A stretch of 64,000 nt of DNA from Eledone cirrhosa (taxonomy: Eukaryota), in NCBI GenBank assembly GCA_964016885.1, contig OZ024742.1, positions 267,964,001-268,028,000 on the forward strand. Reading direction: 5' to 3'. Shown here one piece after another: positions 12,521 to 27,720 of the stretch. Position 1 is the stretch's first letter. Every line of letters starts with the position of its first letter. The notes under the pieces are model-generated. The model was given only the letters and a program-made list of their open reading frames with translations, had not been told where the DNA came from and searched no databases. The position numbers were made by a program, and so were the translations under genes.

Positions 12521-14069
12521 ACAAAGTTGTGACTTTTTCTTACAGGCTTGCTTATGTTTGCAAAGTGGGGTGAAGTAAAATATGCTTTCTGGCTACAGAA
12601 GCAAACAAGGAATTTTGTATATCAGATCTTTTAGAATATAGCTGCGATAATTACAAGCAGCCATGAGCTTCTATTATGTGTGGTAGTACCATTAGCCGCT
12701 ACACCAATTCAGAGTCCATATCCCTGTACAATTTCAGAGTGTTTTATTTCAGACTGTTTAATTTGAATGTTTTTAATCCCCAAATGCTTTAACGTCAACC
12801 ACATTAGAAAAAGTTACTCGTAAGCACTAGATAGCAGGTTACGTTCTCCTAACGTTAATGTATAATAAGTTATTCTTGCAACAGTATAGCGGATTCAATC
12901 CTGCATGTTATCCATCCAACCTAAGGAGCAGCTGTAGGAACAGGTAAATACATGAACATTATTATGCTTGTTCATTATTACGTATTGCTACTGTAATTTC
13001 AAACACAAAAATGTGTCTCTAAGCATCGACTGATTGATAATTGATAATACTTCTTTTTTTCTAGCGTAATTGAGACTTGTTGCCAGAGCAACGACTAAAA
13101 AAACGTTGCGATAAGAAATGTCCCTGAAACTATTTATCTTCTTATGTAGCCGAATCGCGTCTATATTTGTTTGAGACAATCTGGCAGTAGTATTCCTATG
13201 TTAGTTTTTAACAGAATTACGTAGTGTTGCAGCAGCATTGATTTATATACTATCTGAAATATCCAGTATGATAGACTGCAGTCGAAGGCCTTTCTGTAAT
13301 CAATCCACCACATATTTAGAGTTATATCTTGATTTTTTTATTTTTTTCTGACATGTGCTATAGCGAATTAGAAAGAAACCTGAGAGGATCGGGGAAAATT
13401 AGCGGCAGCATTATTTTTTTTTTTACTCACCCTAAACAAAGAGGTAAGGAAAACTGAGAATGGAAAAATAAAAGACAAGAGGAACATAATTCAAGGAGAG
13501 AGTTCACGATTGATGTTGCATTTTTTTTTTTTTTGCGAATTGAGAATTTGCGAATTGCGAATTAAGAATTCTATAGGTGAGATGTGAGAGGAAAGAGATT
13601 ATCATAATAAAATTTGCGATTGTATTAAGGAAGTTCAAATGCCAATGGATGAGGACTAGCTACAAATCTGGTTCTCCGTCTAAACGCATGAAGACGAGAA
13701 CAAATAGTAAAGCTCATCAGAATGCACAGAATAGCAACATTTCGACGGTTCATAAATGTTGGAAACCTACATATGTGAGGACCAATAATGTTGACGATTC
13801 CTCTTCGGATCTTATCCTGACTCCTAAGGCAGGAGGAACAAACCAGATATGGTGACAGTTCTAAATACAAGAGCAGATTATAGATTCATAAAAATATAAA
13901 TATTTTTAGATGTAAAACATTTTCTGGCACGACAGAGTCAACAAACTTTCTGGTCAGCAGGCTTGGGTTATCTACATGATACAACCATTTAGTTACGCTT
14001 TCTTTTTAGATTTAAAAAAAAATCTCGCACATGAGAAATTAGTATTTTATTCTTAAGAGGATAAATAAA

Positions 14070-17000
14070 GATATAACCAAAGTTCTCCTACCTCGATATT
14101 GCTGGTCTTGCATCGAGAGACGAAGCGATCCCCCACATAGTGGTCCAGTGTGATCGCACTGTGGACTTCAGGAGTTATTTCGAACAAGTGCTTTCTTGAG
14201 TAGTCATGCGGACAGACCTGCCATCTTCCTTTGGTTGAGAAGGGCAAGCGGTTTTTCATCTGCCCAGTGGTCATGGTTGAGGAGGTGATGATCATGGTTG
14301 AATACTTGAAGACAGACACGTTACAGCTCAGCGATTCCCTTGAAGAGCAAAATTAAGTTGTTGAGGAAACTGTTGCCTTCCAGTGAGATTGAAGAAAGGT
14401 GAAGCAGAAGGACGAGGGAACGAGTGTACTCTGAATATATGCCTGCAGAACAAAGGAAACTGGAACTAGGAGGGAGCACTTGCCCAAGCAAATGCAGAAC
14501 GGCCGGAATTCTTCAGACGCCTTAAGATTTTTCTAGGAACGTCCCACTCTTTAGTGTTAGTGGGAGACAGGAACGGTATCGTGGATGCACACTGCGACTA
14601 TGTGGGACTAAAAGGCAGGGGTGGAGGGAGTAAATGCCTCGCAAAACTGCTCAGACGCTTCCAGCTATCTGACAGGTACAGACTAGATTTCCCGAATGTG
14701 CCAATGTGGACATGGACAAACAGCATCTTGTCATCCAGATCAGTATATTACTTAGGCGAGCATTGACGAGAACAATCGTCATCAACAAATGGTGGTTCAC
14801 CCAAATAAACACTATTAATGCAGAATCGATAAGGTCTACTAAGGCTGTAATGACAGAGCAATTTAAAATAGATAGAGATCTAGTGAGAAGATTAGAAGCA
14901 CTTCTTACTAAAGGCATCACAGCCAACGCGGCGAGATTGGCCCTGAACCAATTCTTCAATGGTATGAACGAAGGCTGCGTTGTCAGAGCGAACCCGCGTG
15001 ATCTTAGATATGAGGGGACGAAATCTGTTCAATGGGCAAGAGTGGTGGAGGCGAGGCCTCTCAACAACACCACAATCCGATCTTTGGTGGATCACGCCGG
15101 GCGCATGGTACTTCACCCCAAGCAGATGTGTGAGGTCTCTCAGCAACACTTCCCTCAAATGTCAGACAGCGGTGACGGGTCGGATCGATGGAGCCTACCT
15201 CGATGGTGATGGTGGTGGAGTGTTGCGAAAATCTGATTACAGGCGAGGCAATATGGGACGCAATGGCAAGATGCATGATGAGCAAATCGCCTGTCTGAGA
15301 TAGTCTAACATACGAGCTTTACACAAATATGGCAGACATGTTGGGCGGCATCTTAGTGGATGTCTACACCAATTGGCAGCAGAACGGGAGAATTCCCAGT
15401 TCTGTAGGTCAAGAGACGGTAGCGCTGCTGACAAAGGACCCGAACGAGCAGGACCATATAAACAATTTCAGGTCCATAATTCTGCTAAACTCATATTTTA
15501 AAATTTTGTCTAATGTATTTTCAACGAGGTTGGGGCTTGTCATTGGTGTTCTGGTAGGTGAGACGCAAACATGTGCCATTCCGGATAGGTCCTTCCCCAA
15601 ACTCCGACTCATGCGATACATCATAGAGAGGGTTTCTAAGGAACCATGCATGGGTGAGGTTCTCATCAATCTAGATCAATCAAATGCCTTCGATTGGGTT
15701 GACTATTGCTACCTTGCGGCCGTCCTAAAAGCAGCAGGTTTTGAATCCGTTTTCAGGGGCTGGTTCGCTGCAATTCACATCAACATCTGCTTTGTGGTTA
15801 GAATTATCGGACACATTTCCGAACCATTCAACATCATGTGAATAGGCCGCCAAGGTTCTCTTCCCTCGTACGTTTTCTGTTTTGAATTTTGAGCCATTAC
15901 TACACAAACTAAAGACGTTGAGAGGCATCAAACGTGAACTAGGATGTGGGATGTCCGTGTCGGCATATGCAGACATCACCATAGTAGTGTCGAACACGGG
16001 AGTGTCAATGCCGACCAACAGCGTTGTCGGACGCTGGATTGTTGGACCCGTTAAATTACTCGGGGTCTGGATGGACCTCCAGATGCACAACCACTGGGAC
16101 GAAGTAACGTTCAAGGTGGCTACCCTCACCCAGAAATTGGCTGAGAGGAAGCTATCCTTGAAATACCGCGCAGAGGTGGCGAACACGTACATCACATCTC
16201 ACAAATACTACCGCCTGAAAGTCGTGCCTTGTCCTAGTCCACGTCTGATTTCACTGGAGCACCTACTCTTTCACTTTTTGTAGAGGAGGCAGGTTTCATT
16301 GGTCAGGTAGTCCATCTGCTGTCAACACCCACTAAGTGGATGTTTGGGTATGTCGTGGCTACTGATACGCAAACATGCGCTCACGCTACACCATCTCCAT
16401 CTTTTCCTGGATGGTGAACAGGTGTGGTCACCTTTTGCTAGACATGCTTTACTCCAGCTCGTCCTTTTGACGGAGCTGCAGTCCTCGGTCAAGCGAGGAC
16501 CGAGAGGAAGAGTTTGGAGACTGGAATGTCTTTAGGTGCTCACAGCTCTCGATCAGTGGGGCGATGCGATCGTGGAAACTCCACCTTGGCCTTCTATAGA
16601 GTTTTAGTGGAGGGCAAGAACGACGATGCCCTTAGAGAGGATCCTTAAGTCGATGAAAATAAACTAGCTAATCTCTTCTGGAAAACTTTCGGACCAGGGC
16701 CCATGGATATCTTCCAGAAACCCATGGCTTGGCTGTACTATAGAGGAGATTTGCTAATTCGGCATAAACTCTACAGGCGAAGAATAGCCATCAGCCAAAC
16801 CTGTTAGAGGTACGCGCAGGGTGACAAGACCGTCCTGCACGCACTCATCGAGTCTCCGAGTATTGCTGACCTGTGGGTTTATGTCGATCACCTGCTATTG
16901 CGTGTAGGATGGATTTCACTAGTAACTGTGTCCATTATGAAGATCACCATACCGTCCTCCTTTAGAGAGGAAGGACTAATATGTTTTATATGCCTGGTGA

Positions 17001-17215
17001 CCATGAAAAAAGGGCTTGTAGAGCACGCGTTTGAAAGGGTTGAAGACAGCAATTTTCCTCTTCAGCGAATCCCTATTTAACTTTTCTCAGATTTCACTTG
17101 AAGAGGAAAATCAGGATAGAGAGGGAAGTGGGGCCTTCTAACCAGTTTGTTGAATGATAGGTGATAGTGGTGAAGGTGGTTTGAAAGGGCTTGCCTTGAG
17201 CATACAACTGTAGAA
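14070..17215 (+). mobile_element. Decayed Tx1-like LINE, copy 2 (a 3' fragment, then APE-RT remnants)
   Basis: Homologous to 1-3260: NFRSIILLNSYFKIL, INLDQSNAF, SAYADITI, VKLLGVW. Confidence 0.85.
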
Positions 17216-17269
17216 GTAGAAAAACTGGGCGAAGTAGAAAAACTTAGTCTCTTTTATAACTTTTATTTA

Positions 17270-18485
17270 GACTAGAACAAGAGGGACACAGTAGGTAGCT
17301 TTAGCCCCATAACTCTTCTCAAAACAGAGTTTAGGATTTTGGCCAAGTTGTTAGCGAAGATTTTGGCGCTCGTCGTCGAGGTCCATACAAGACAACTTCC
17401 ACCTTATGCGACAAATCATAGACAGGATAGTGTGTAAAAGTGGCTTCGGTAGGGCTCTGATCAATTTAGATCAATAGGAAGCTTTCTATAGGATCAACCA
17501 TCGATACAATGGAGGCTGTTCTCAAGGTGACTCGCTTCGGTTCCTTCTTCAGAGGCTGGATCACAGCAATGCACAGCGGCATTTGCTTGTTAGTCAAAGT
17601 TAATGGTCACCTTTTGGATCCGTTTCAGATTTCCAATCAGTCAGTGTGCCCTCTTTCCTCCCTTCTGTACCTCTCGAGCCTTTACGGCGGAAGCTGTTAC
17701 AGGGCATCCCGATCGAACCGGGACGCGAAAGCCTATGTCGGCTTATGCGGGTGACATCACCGTGATCGTGTTGGACACCTCGGAAATCGAGGTGGTCGGC
17801 ACCATATTGGAGGACTAAGAAAGTTTGACTGGAGCGAAACAAAACCCGGCACCTGGAGAGGCAAGACCATGCGGACCAACAACGTCGTTTGGTGCTGGAC
17901 AGACGGACCGGTAAAGTTGCTCGGCGTTTGGTTCGCAGCAGACCTCCAAGTGGACAAGAATTGGGATGAGGTGACGTTCGAGGTAGTGCGTATCACCCCG
18001 AAAGTTACACGGAGATGGCGAACATGTACACCACGTCCATATTCTTCTAAAGCCCGTCCAGCGTGCCTTGCCTCCATTCGCGCCTCTCCAAAATGGAACA
18101 GCTCCCCTTCAAATTCTTGTGGGGGGGACAGGTTCCGTTCGTGAGGTGGTCTATCTGCTGCCAGCTTCCTCTACGTGGAGGGCTGCCGTGACTAATGATG
18201 CGCAAACATACGCTGAGGCTTAGCTATCTCCAGATATTCTGCCTAAACGGTAAAGAAATGTACATAGACAAGTTTGAAAGGAGTGAAGACAGATACTTTT
18301 CTCTTCAGCCAATCGCTCATCAACCTTTTCAAGTTTCACTTGCAAAGGAATGTGAGGGTGGAGAGAGAAGTGCTGCACCCAGTTCATTTTCTAAAAGATG
18401 CGTGAATGTGGCGAGAGTGGCCGGTGTGAGTGGGTCTACTCTGATCATGCACCTGTTAGCTGGAAAATTTGATAAGGAGAGGGAT
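17270..18485 (+). mobile_element. Decayed Tx1-like LINE, copy 3 (internally deleted)
   Basis: SAYAGDITV, DGPVKLLGVWFAADLQVDKNWDEV. Confidence 0.85.
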
Positions 18486-18559
18486 ATGGTTGATTCTATC
18501 TCCTTATCTCCTCCATATTCTACTGTTACTAATAGTGCTTTGTTCCAATATGTACTTCT

Positions 18560-19330
18560 AGTAGATTTTGGTGGGTAGACTCTTGTCCAATTAGAAGTGT
18601 TTCCGTCCCGTGCTTCGGAGCCAGTTTGGCATGTTTTCTTTGTCTATTTCCTTTCTATTTAGCTTTCTGGCGTATTGATGGCATTCTGGAGGTCAGTTTT
18701 CAATTTAAATTGTATATCTTTCACGATTTTGTTCATGTTTCGTGGCTATTTGTATTAGCTTTCCTTTGTTTATTATTTGGTATTTGTTTAGTCCTACAGT
18801 AGTTATTTTATAAGAGGTTTCTAGTTGTATTAGAATTTTCTAGTTGATTCTTCCTTGTGATCTTGGTAAATATGATCTTTCTACGCCTGATATTGGATGG
18901 TGTATTCCAATGGCAGTCGTTAATTTTCTTGTTTCTCTATCTATTCCAGCTAGTTCTTTTAGTGTCCAGTTCAAAATGTTAAAGCTGTAGATCATTACTG
19001 GGACTGCTAAAGTGTGGATGCCAATCACTTTATTCTTTGCATATATTTCAGTTTTTAGTATTAATCTAATTCTTCTGCAATATTCTTTTCTAATATTTTA
19101 TTTCATCAGTGTGTGTCGAATCTTATATAGTTCGTTGATTCCTAAGTATTTGTATGTCTGAGTTTGATATAGTTCTCTTATTTCTGTTTATTTATCTAAC
19201 ATGGTATTAGTGTTTGTCTCTAGTTTCCCTCTCTTTAGAGTTGGGTTGACACATTTTTCTAATCCAAATTTCATACCTATTTCTTTTGTGAATCTGTGTA
19301 GAGTTTGGAGCAGTGTTTGGAGTCCGACTG
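18560..19330 (-). mobile_element. R4/Dong-like non-LTR RT/thumb fragment
   Basis: IHTLAVPVMIYSFNILNWTLKELAGIDRETRKL...HHP...ERSYLPRSQG. Confidence 0.8.
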
Positions 19331-19768
19331 GCGTTATGTTTGCTATGCACTCTCTTTATTATGGGAAGGTGTGCAATGAAAAGGTTCGATCCCTAATATT
19401 TTCCACCTCTGAAACAAATCATTAAGTGCCAGGAAGTACCGCACAGAGGCGATGTAAACATGACCCGCCCAACGTATAACAATGTTTCAACAGACATTTT
19501 TTTAGATGAAAAAATGACGTATATATATATCCATATGAGGTTGATGGCTGAGGTGAAAGAGTAAACAATATCAAATTAGAATCCTAATTTAATTTTATTA
19601 AGGCTGACGAGTGAATCTTATTATTCTGAAGATTAGCCTGCTTATCACAGGGTCATCAGACAAGAACTGTACTTCTCCGATGACGCTGTGTTAAACGGGC
19701 CAAACACCAGAATAATAAGACTTACTATTTAGCCTTAGTAAAATGAATATACATACATATATCATCAG

Positions 19769-19853
19769 CTTCTTCTTCTTCTTCTTCTTCTTCTTCTTCT
19801 TCTTCTTCTTCTTCTTCTTCTTCTTCTTCTTCTTCTTCTTCTTCTTCTTCTTC
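19769..19853. repeat. (TTC)n microsatellite
   Basis: About 28 perfect units. Confidence 0.95.
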
Positions 19854-19859
19854 GCTCTC

Positions 19860-21120
19860 TTATTCCTGAAAGGGCCGTGGGTAATGAGTCCCAGTGGGTC
19901 CTGTCAGTAGCAACATTCTCCAACTGAGCCGGCTGGATCCGAAATCGAGAGAAGCCAAGCTCGTATCGGTTGATTTTTCCCCGTAAAATTTATCCAGCGA
20001 TTCATTCCTTAAACATTCTAACCGCATGTACATAGTATAAGAGCTGTGATCTCGTAATTCGGAGAAGTAGTAGCTCTACTTGGAGTGACTCTCTGATCTA
20101 TGCGCTACTCTATCCAGTAACATCACTCCAAAGACCCTTTGGAGGAATCACATTTCGGCTGCTTGTATACGCGATTATATTCCTTTGGTCTTTACCAAAG
20201 TTTCCTGATAATAGGATCTTATCCAAACATCTTCCTCGGCGTCTACCACTGGGTTGCATGCAGGTTGGTTTTGCCCGTAAAACCTCTCCAGTGATGCTTT
20301 CCTAAGACGTTCTAACCGCCTGCCCATAGTATCGGAGTTGTGATCTCTACTTTGGAGAAGTAGCGGTTATAGCTTGAGTGACTCTCTGATCTCCGAGCTA
20401 CGCACTTTATCGAATGACGGTACACCAAAACCCTTCGGAAGAACCCCAATTCGGCATCGGGTACTACTGAATGCTGAAGCTGGTGCATTACTGCCCCAGC
20501 TTTAGCAATATTTGTTCATAATTTCACTTCCTGCCTTCCAGCACTCGTCAACACAGCCTCGAGACACTTACACTTCTCTACCTGCTTTAGTGGAATTCCA
20601 TTCACGTGTAGGGTGCACTGCGTTTGATTCCTTGAGGGGACGAGTGTTTCATTTTCGCAGCAATGATTTTTATTCAAGCCATGTAGCACTTCGCATCAAA
20701 CCTAACAAGTGGAAGTCGAAGATAATCTTCTGTCGAGTTGAGTAACTCCATGGCATCTGTAAATTCAAGCCAACTGATTTTACACCCACCAGTCAGTTGC
20801 TCGATAAAGTACGTAGCTCGGAGATCAAAGAGTCAGTCGAGGTAGAGTCGCTACCTTTCCGAATTGAGTGATTACAGCTCCGTTACTATGGGCATGCGGT
20901 TAGAATGTCTAAGGAAAACATCGCTGGACAAATGTTATGGGCAATATCAACAGGTAGAATATCCAGTGGCAGACCCCGAGTAAGATTGTTGGATAACATC
21001 CTTGAGCTTGGCTGGTCATGCTTGGGGCTCCAGCCGGATCAGTTGGAGACGGTTGCTTCTGACAGAACTCGCTGGAGGGAGTGTTTGAACACAATGTCCC
21101 CACGACACTCTCATAAATAA
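19860..21120. mobile_element. RTE-like LINE 3' fragments: two tandem minus-strand pieces and one plus-strand piece (~20790-21120)
   Basis: QLRYYGHAVRM...GRPRVRLLDNI...ASDRTRWR on +; homologous QAAEM.FL / IRESLQVE on -. Confidence 0.7.
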
Positions 21121-24100
21121 GTGGGCGAAGAATAGAATAAGAGAACAAGATACATATATAGATTCTAATTTGAATGGGAGATGGATGGGTAATGTATTGT
21201 CGTATGGCAGCATAATTGTCTGGTTAACCAAGATAGAGGGTTCTAAAAGATATCCCCACTATCAGACTAACTTCGTTATTCAAAATAAGCGTAAGATTAC
21301 ATTTCTACTTCATTTCAAACTTTGGTCGTTCATTCAGAAACGGTTTACGGGTAAATTTGCTTTCTTTTAAAATTATCATATATTTTCTGGTTTGTGTGCT
21401 TCGATTGTTTCTGGTTTGTATTGAGAAACCCATTCATTCGTGTAGATTCCATTAACTTACTTTTTCTGTTTGTACTGTTTCCAACTACATTAATACAGGT
21501 TCAATGCCAGCCTTCAGTTATTATTAGTACGTTGTCCTGTTGAGATGTACAACTTTCTTTATTATAGAATATATTATATATTTGTTTTACAAACCGATTT
21601 TCTTCTCAAGCTTTGTTCCATCTAGTTTTACTGTTGACAACATATCAGCTAAACTTCATTATTCATCTACTACGCATTTTATTAACCTGGATCCATTTAT
21701 TTCTATATTCAACATTTCTTAATACTACTATTATTATCTTTAGTACCAATATTTTTATCTTTTGATTTTAGTACCTAAACCTGTGTATTTCTGTGATATG
21801 TGTACAAACAATATTACACATTTATCGGTTTTCTTTTGTATTGAACGCACTCATATGTGTGCAGTGTCTAGCAGTGTTATAGTCTCTCTATATATATTGT
21901 GTATATACATTTTGTTGTTATATATTTGTCGGTAATTCCTTTCTCCCATTTCTGCTAGGCGCTATTTCTTTCAATTTCCATAACACTTTTCAAATCTTTA
22001 GATTTAGATTATTATTTGCTTATTTTTTAGGTATATAATCGTTACCCTTGGAATTGATTAATTACTTTTGATTTCTCCTTCTTTTCGAGAGGGCAAGCAT
22101 ATACCTGAGTAAAGATACTTGATGGGGTAATTTGCAATGATGGTTTTTGTATAGAGTTGACTAATTACTTTCAGGTAATCCAGGATGATCAAAGTCACTT
22201 AAAAGTCACGTCGTTACAATGCAAAATAAATCTATTACTTTAGAGGAAGTAGTTGCTGTTACAGCTTTCGGTTTCAAGCACGATAATAAAATTTAATATG
22301 AATGTGTGAAGGAAAAAAACATGCAAATGCAAAGATTCGAAATAAAGAATATATCGTGCTCTCTAATGACTACACACTGAGAGGCAGGAATGTATGGCAT
22401 ACAGACTGTAGCAGGTGACTTTGGCGTGGTGATTACCGGAATTATTCTCTGATCTTGGATGGGATCATTCTCTGATAATTGGAAATCAGCTGTGCCATAT
22501 TTCACTGACATGTAGAGGATTCCTGAATAGATTATTTAACTAAATCACGGTGAACAAACAGATGTTAAGAATTGGTGAGATAATATTGAGCTTCGATCAT
22601 GACACATTGAAAATAAATGCACATGAATGACGATGTACCTTGGAAGTGCGCATCCTGATTATGCGCAAGTTATCTCTCAACCTAAGTATTAATCAAAGAG
22701 TTTATAAAGATAACACAGACGTGTTTCGATGTAGCTTTAACCGAGGGGAGAATGCTCCATTCCGCTCATTTATTCACCAGAAATCGGTCACGTGGAATAC
22801 GCAAATAATTGGGTCGAGGAGATATAGAAGTGTCGACGTTATTTTTTTGTTTAGATGTGCGGGTACTTTGATGGGAAATAATTCCCGGGAAAACCAGCCC
22901 AATTACACACCAAATGGGTTTTGGTGCCTGTCATGAAAGCTCAGAGGTGTTTTCATGAATTACTTGAAAGATGGCATGAAACGTTATGCAAGTTTTTGCC
23001 TCGTTTATTATAAATCACCTACCATGGAGCTATACTGCATTATATTTGTACTTAGTATCTCAAATATGTGATATGATAACAGAGAGCCTCCATGACGTGG
23101 TGTGACGTTTATCTATAGCAACATGATAGTCCTGTAATTTTAACATGCGATTGGGAATATAAAAATGTTCAATGAACAATATCTTTAGAAAAGGTTGGGA
23201 GTTCTTCGCGAGTAGTCGATAAATTAGTGTTTAAAAAATGTACGTCAATACGTTAACTCCTATCATTTTGTATGCAAACAAACATACACACACTCTCTCT
23301 CTCCCTCTCTTGCACACAAATAGAAATGTATAGATAACTATGTTAGTGAAATGGAATTTTCTCTGTGCAATAACTGCTTTGAAAATCATTTAATACGACC
23401 AAGTGTGCAATGTTGGATTTTAATCCACTATAGTCAGAAGAAAGTTATTTGTTGTCGTCCATTCGAAACGAAAGCCTATTCTTTTACATGAGATGTTTGT
23501 TTGACCATTTAAATTATCTCTTTTTAAATTGTTTATTTTCCAATTCCGTTTTGCAATAGTTTGGTGGTATTCCCTTTCCTTATCTATGTATGTTTTATAA
23601 TTGCGCTATATTTAATATTTTTGTTTGTATTACCGTTCATTGTGTGGCAGCTCTGCCAGTTTCAATACAATCAGGAATCTAGTTGCATCTTTGAAGTTGG
23701 ATTATGAAAACTTTCTATTTTCTCGTCGCTATCTCTGTATCTTTGCTTCATGTTCCATTTATAGCATCTATTTTCGTATGTATCTTTATCACTATATGCA
23801 GGAATCTATTCCTATCTTTCTTCCAATCTCTTACTGCAATCATTGTTCCCGTTATATATCTCGATATATTAATAACCGGTTTTTTTTTTACACAAATCTC
23901 TCTCACTACCGACACCAATTTGTTTCTCTATCAAGTAACCTTTCCTCATTTACACACACACACACACACACAAACACACGCACATATATATATATATATA
24001 TATATACACACTCGCATATATATATATTTTAGGCTCAACTGCTGTGTCTTAAATCTCTTTCATCTCACTATATTTCTCTATGCGTTACGGCTCGATGTCT

Positions 24101-24447
24101 ATGCCGTTCTCATTCTCGATTTACATCTATACATATTTCTCTTCATCTTTTATATTCAATGCAACCATCCAATTATATACACTCTCGTTTTCGCTACATG
24201 CTCATAAAAAATCGACATATTTCTACTTGATCTTCTTGGGTATTTGCGTCACTTCTATCACAATTCTCTTTTCTTTACCTCTAGCACACATTCTCAAATT
24301 ATCTCCTCAATATTCCCACTTCTAGATATATAGTATTCTTTCTTTCTTCCTCTGCGTATACACATACACAAACATACACACACGCACATATATATATATA
24401 TATATATTTATATATACATATATATATACATATATATATACATATAT

Positions 24448-24564
<117 letters not shown>

Positions 24565-25033
24565 TGTGCAGTTGTGTAAAAGAGTTTGAAAGTAAAATAT
24601 TTAGTATTAACAAAAAGGTCAAGAAGACTACTCACTACTAAATGTAAGATGAAAAATAGGTATTAAGCTGAAAATTCAAACTTTTATGTCTGGGAATATT
24701 GTCTCTGAATCTAAAATAATGTAGGAATACATATTGATTTGTGGAGTAATCGACTAAATTATTTGGAAGAAGATATATAGATATATGTTACTATGACTGT
24801 TTGTTGAGATTGTATGGTTAACGGACTGTAACAATTTTATCATGAATTTCCTAATTTTGTCTTTTCCCTGAAATTTATATATCACACTGAAGATTTACGG
24901 GAATTTCTGCGCTTCATTAGCCGTTGCTTGCCTATTAATGTGGAGGTTTATATGTTTGTATGCCTTTAGTGTATTTTAACTGTGAATTTTTAATATCAGG
25001 ATTGATGCATTTTGTGTTTTGAATTATATATAT

Positions 25034-25120
<87 letters not shown>

Positions 25121-25264
25121 ATAAAAGAGAAAACACAAGTAAACATTAAAAAAAGGATTGTATCCAGGTACGACAGTTTCATTGGTAAGCGCAACCTTAT
25201 ATAGCTATACTGCAAATAGCAGCCACTCAATTATAATTGTTGTTCACCTCCAAATTTTCAAAAT

Positions 25265-25440
25265 AATTTTTCTTATTTAGGCACAAGGCCAGCAATTATC
25301 CAGGACATTACTGGTACTTTATTTTATCGACCCCGTAAGGATGACAGGCAAAGTTAACCTCGGCGGGATTTGAACTCAGACTGCAAAGGGACGTAACTAT
25401 GCTAGAAAACATGGCGTCCAACCCTCTACCGATAGTGCCA
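25265..25440 (-). mobile_element. tRNA-derived SINE
   Basis: Same family as 33358-33543. Confidence 0.8.
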
Positions 25441-25631
25441 TGAATAAGTTACTCGTAAAAGGTTCTCAATATGTAAAAAAAAAACTTTTTTGGGAATTGT
25501 ATTTAGTAGTATAGAGATAGAGGAGGGGAGGGGGGAAATATTTAAGAAGTAGAGTGACACAACTCCGTTTGTCACTCTACTTCCTAATTCTTCTCCCCTT
25601 CCTCTCGCTAATAAATACAATTAAAAAAAAA

Positions 25632-25692
<61 letters not shown>

Positions 25693-25834
25693 CTTAGAAG
25701 ATGTAGAAAATTGCAAACGCAGAAAACAATAGCAAACATAGTCGATTGCTATAAATAATAGCTTATAAATCCGGGGAAAATAGACATAAAGACTGAAAAA
25801 AGTAGTCAGCTTCCGCTACACAAATTCTAGCTCA

Positions 25835-25888
<54 letters not shown>

Positions 25889-26094
25889 CAATTGTACACA
25901 CATGCACATACCCGCACACATATCTATATCTAAAAGTCTAAAGTCTGTCTTGAGCAGAAGGCTCATTTGGCCGGTGCTTCTCCCGGTTTCATGGCGTGAA
26001 GCGACTAAGTATACAAGACTATTCCGAGAATTCAACTCACAACATTTCGATTGAAAGCCTACTGCTCTAACCATTAATCCATGCACCTTCACCA

Positions 26095-26252
<158 letters not shown>

Positions 26253-26269
26253 TATATGTGTATGTATAT

Positions 26270-27230
26270 ATATTTATTAAAATAACAGATTAAAGTTTAA
26301 ACAAAGAATCGCTGCTTTCACCCTTAACGGGATCTTCTGAAACTAACAAAGTCAATCTGTAAACGCAGAAGTGAATATTTCAAAAAACGTTGCAAGCGGA
26401 GGAAGACAGGAAGACGATACTTTGGTTCGTGGAAACGTTCCCTGGCAAAGAACGGAAAAAAACGAATATAATACGTCATTAATAGGAGCGGTGAAAAGCA
26501 ATTACGCGCAAAGACAGAACCACGTTTATGGTATAAAAGAAGTCGTAGACTAATATTCTATTAGGTGGTTCATATAGATGTTCTCTGGCAATGAACGGAA
26601 AAAACGAAGATATACGTCATATGTGGAGCGGGGAGAACAATTGCACGCAAAGACAAAACCACGTAACTGGTATAACTGAAGTCGTAGACTACTGGTGTCC
26701 TCGGCCCCAGGGCTACCTCCTTAATCACCATCATAGGCGCTCAGCTGGCCAGCCGCAGGTGTGAGCCCCACGAGTTGGAGTGGCTTTTCCAGCGCATCTC
26801 CCTTGCCGTCCTCCGGGGAAACGCCTTTGCCATTCTGTCCGCCGGGGCTGTGGGTAGGCTCCATCGCGTACAAATACATTAGTTAAATATAATTCTTTCA
26901 TCTGATACAAGACCATTTTTATACGTAATAAATTGAGTTCCAATACAAAAAAAAAAATTCTAACTAGGAAACGAATGATTCTCAGCTTCAGAGTTAAGAA
27001 TAAAGTAAATAAAATACAGAGGTAAATGAAATAAAATAAATACATACACACACATCCATATAGGTACATACACAAGCATACGCAAAAACACTCGCCATAG
27101 GTATAAAAATACACGCACGTACAAAAAAATACAAAAAAAAACCCACGCACATACAGAACCCACGCAACGCCTGTACCCGCACGCATATGAATATATACAC
27201 CAAATACACATAACAAAATATATATAAAAA

Positions 27231-27261
<31 letters not shown>

Positions 27262-27720
27262 CGTGTAAACGTATAATCAAATAAACGTATATAAATAAAT
27301 AAATACGTATATAACAAGCGCACACACAAACCTACATGTAAATACACTTATGTTCGGAGAGACGTCAACCAAAACACGAAGTACACATATACACATACCC
27401 ACATACGTACGAACCCGCATACTCACACAGACGCAAAACTCACGTATACACATAACCAAAAGCATATGTACCAGACAAAATAATATATACGCCATAACAT
27501 ATACAAACAAATAGATGTACGAGAAAGTATACGTACCTTCACAAAACATATAGGTAATATATACTTACCTATACAAATAAGTAATGGTAAAAACATAACA
27601 TATACTTAGCTACCACATCAAGACGTAAAATATCCGCGTATAGTTCGTACTATCCGTTAGGGTATAATATGGGGCTGAAATACAGGAAAGTTTTGTGCAA
27701 TCTATGTTTACAAGCCCTGT
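26270..27720 (-). mobile_element. PLE family A, 3' UTR/pLTR copy, interrupted by a CRE-like insertion
   Basis: Colinear with 39095-40260; contains a ~150-bp internal tandem duplication. Confidence 0.88.
26692..26957 (+). mobile_element. 5'-truncated CRE-like (restriction-like endonuclease) non-LTR retrotransposon with poly(A) tail
   Basis: Frame 26691-26882 reads TGVLGPRATSL...EWLFQRISLAVLRGNAFAIL; A-tail at ~26947-26957; absent from the paralog at ~39524. Confidence 0.75.

Noticed and set aside
13577-13870. Non-repetitive ORF as a possible host exon
   Set aside because: No recognisable domain or convincing splice context.
19600-19720. Cluster of CUGANGA-like words with a long hairpin
   Set aside because: No properly placed GAAA or helix III; at best a decayed HHR.
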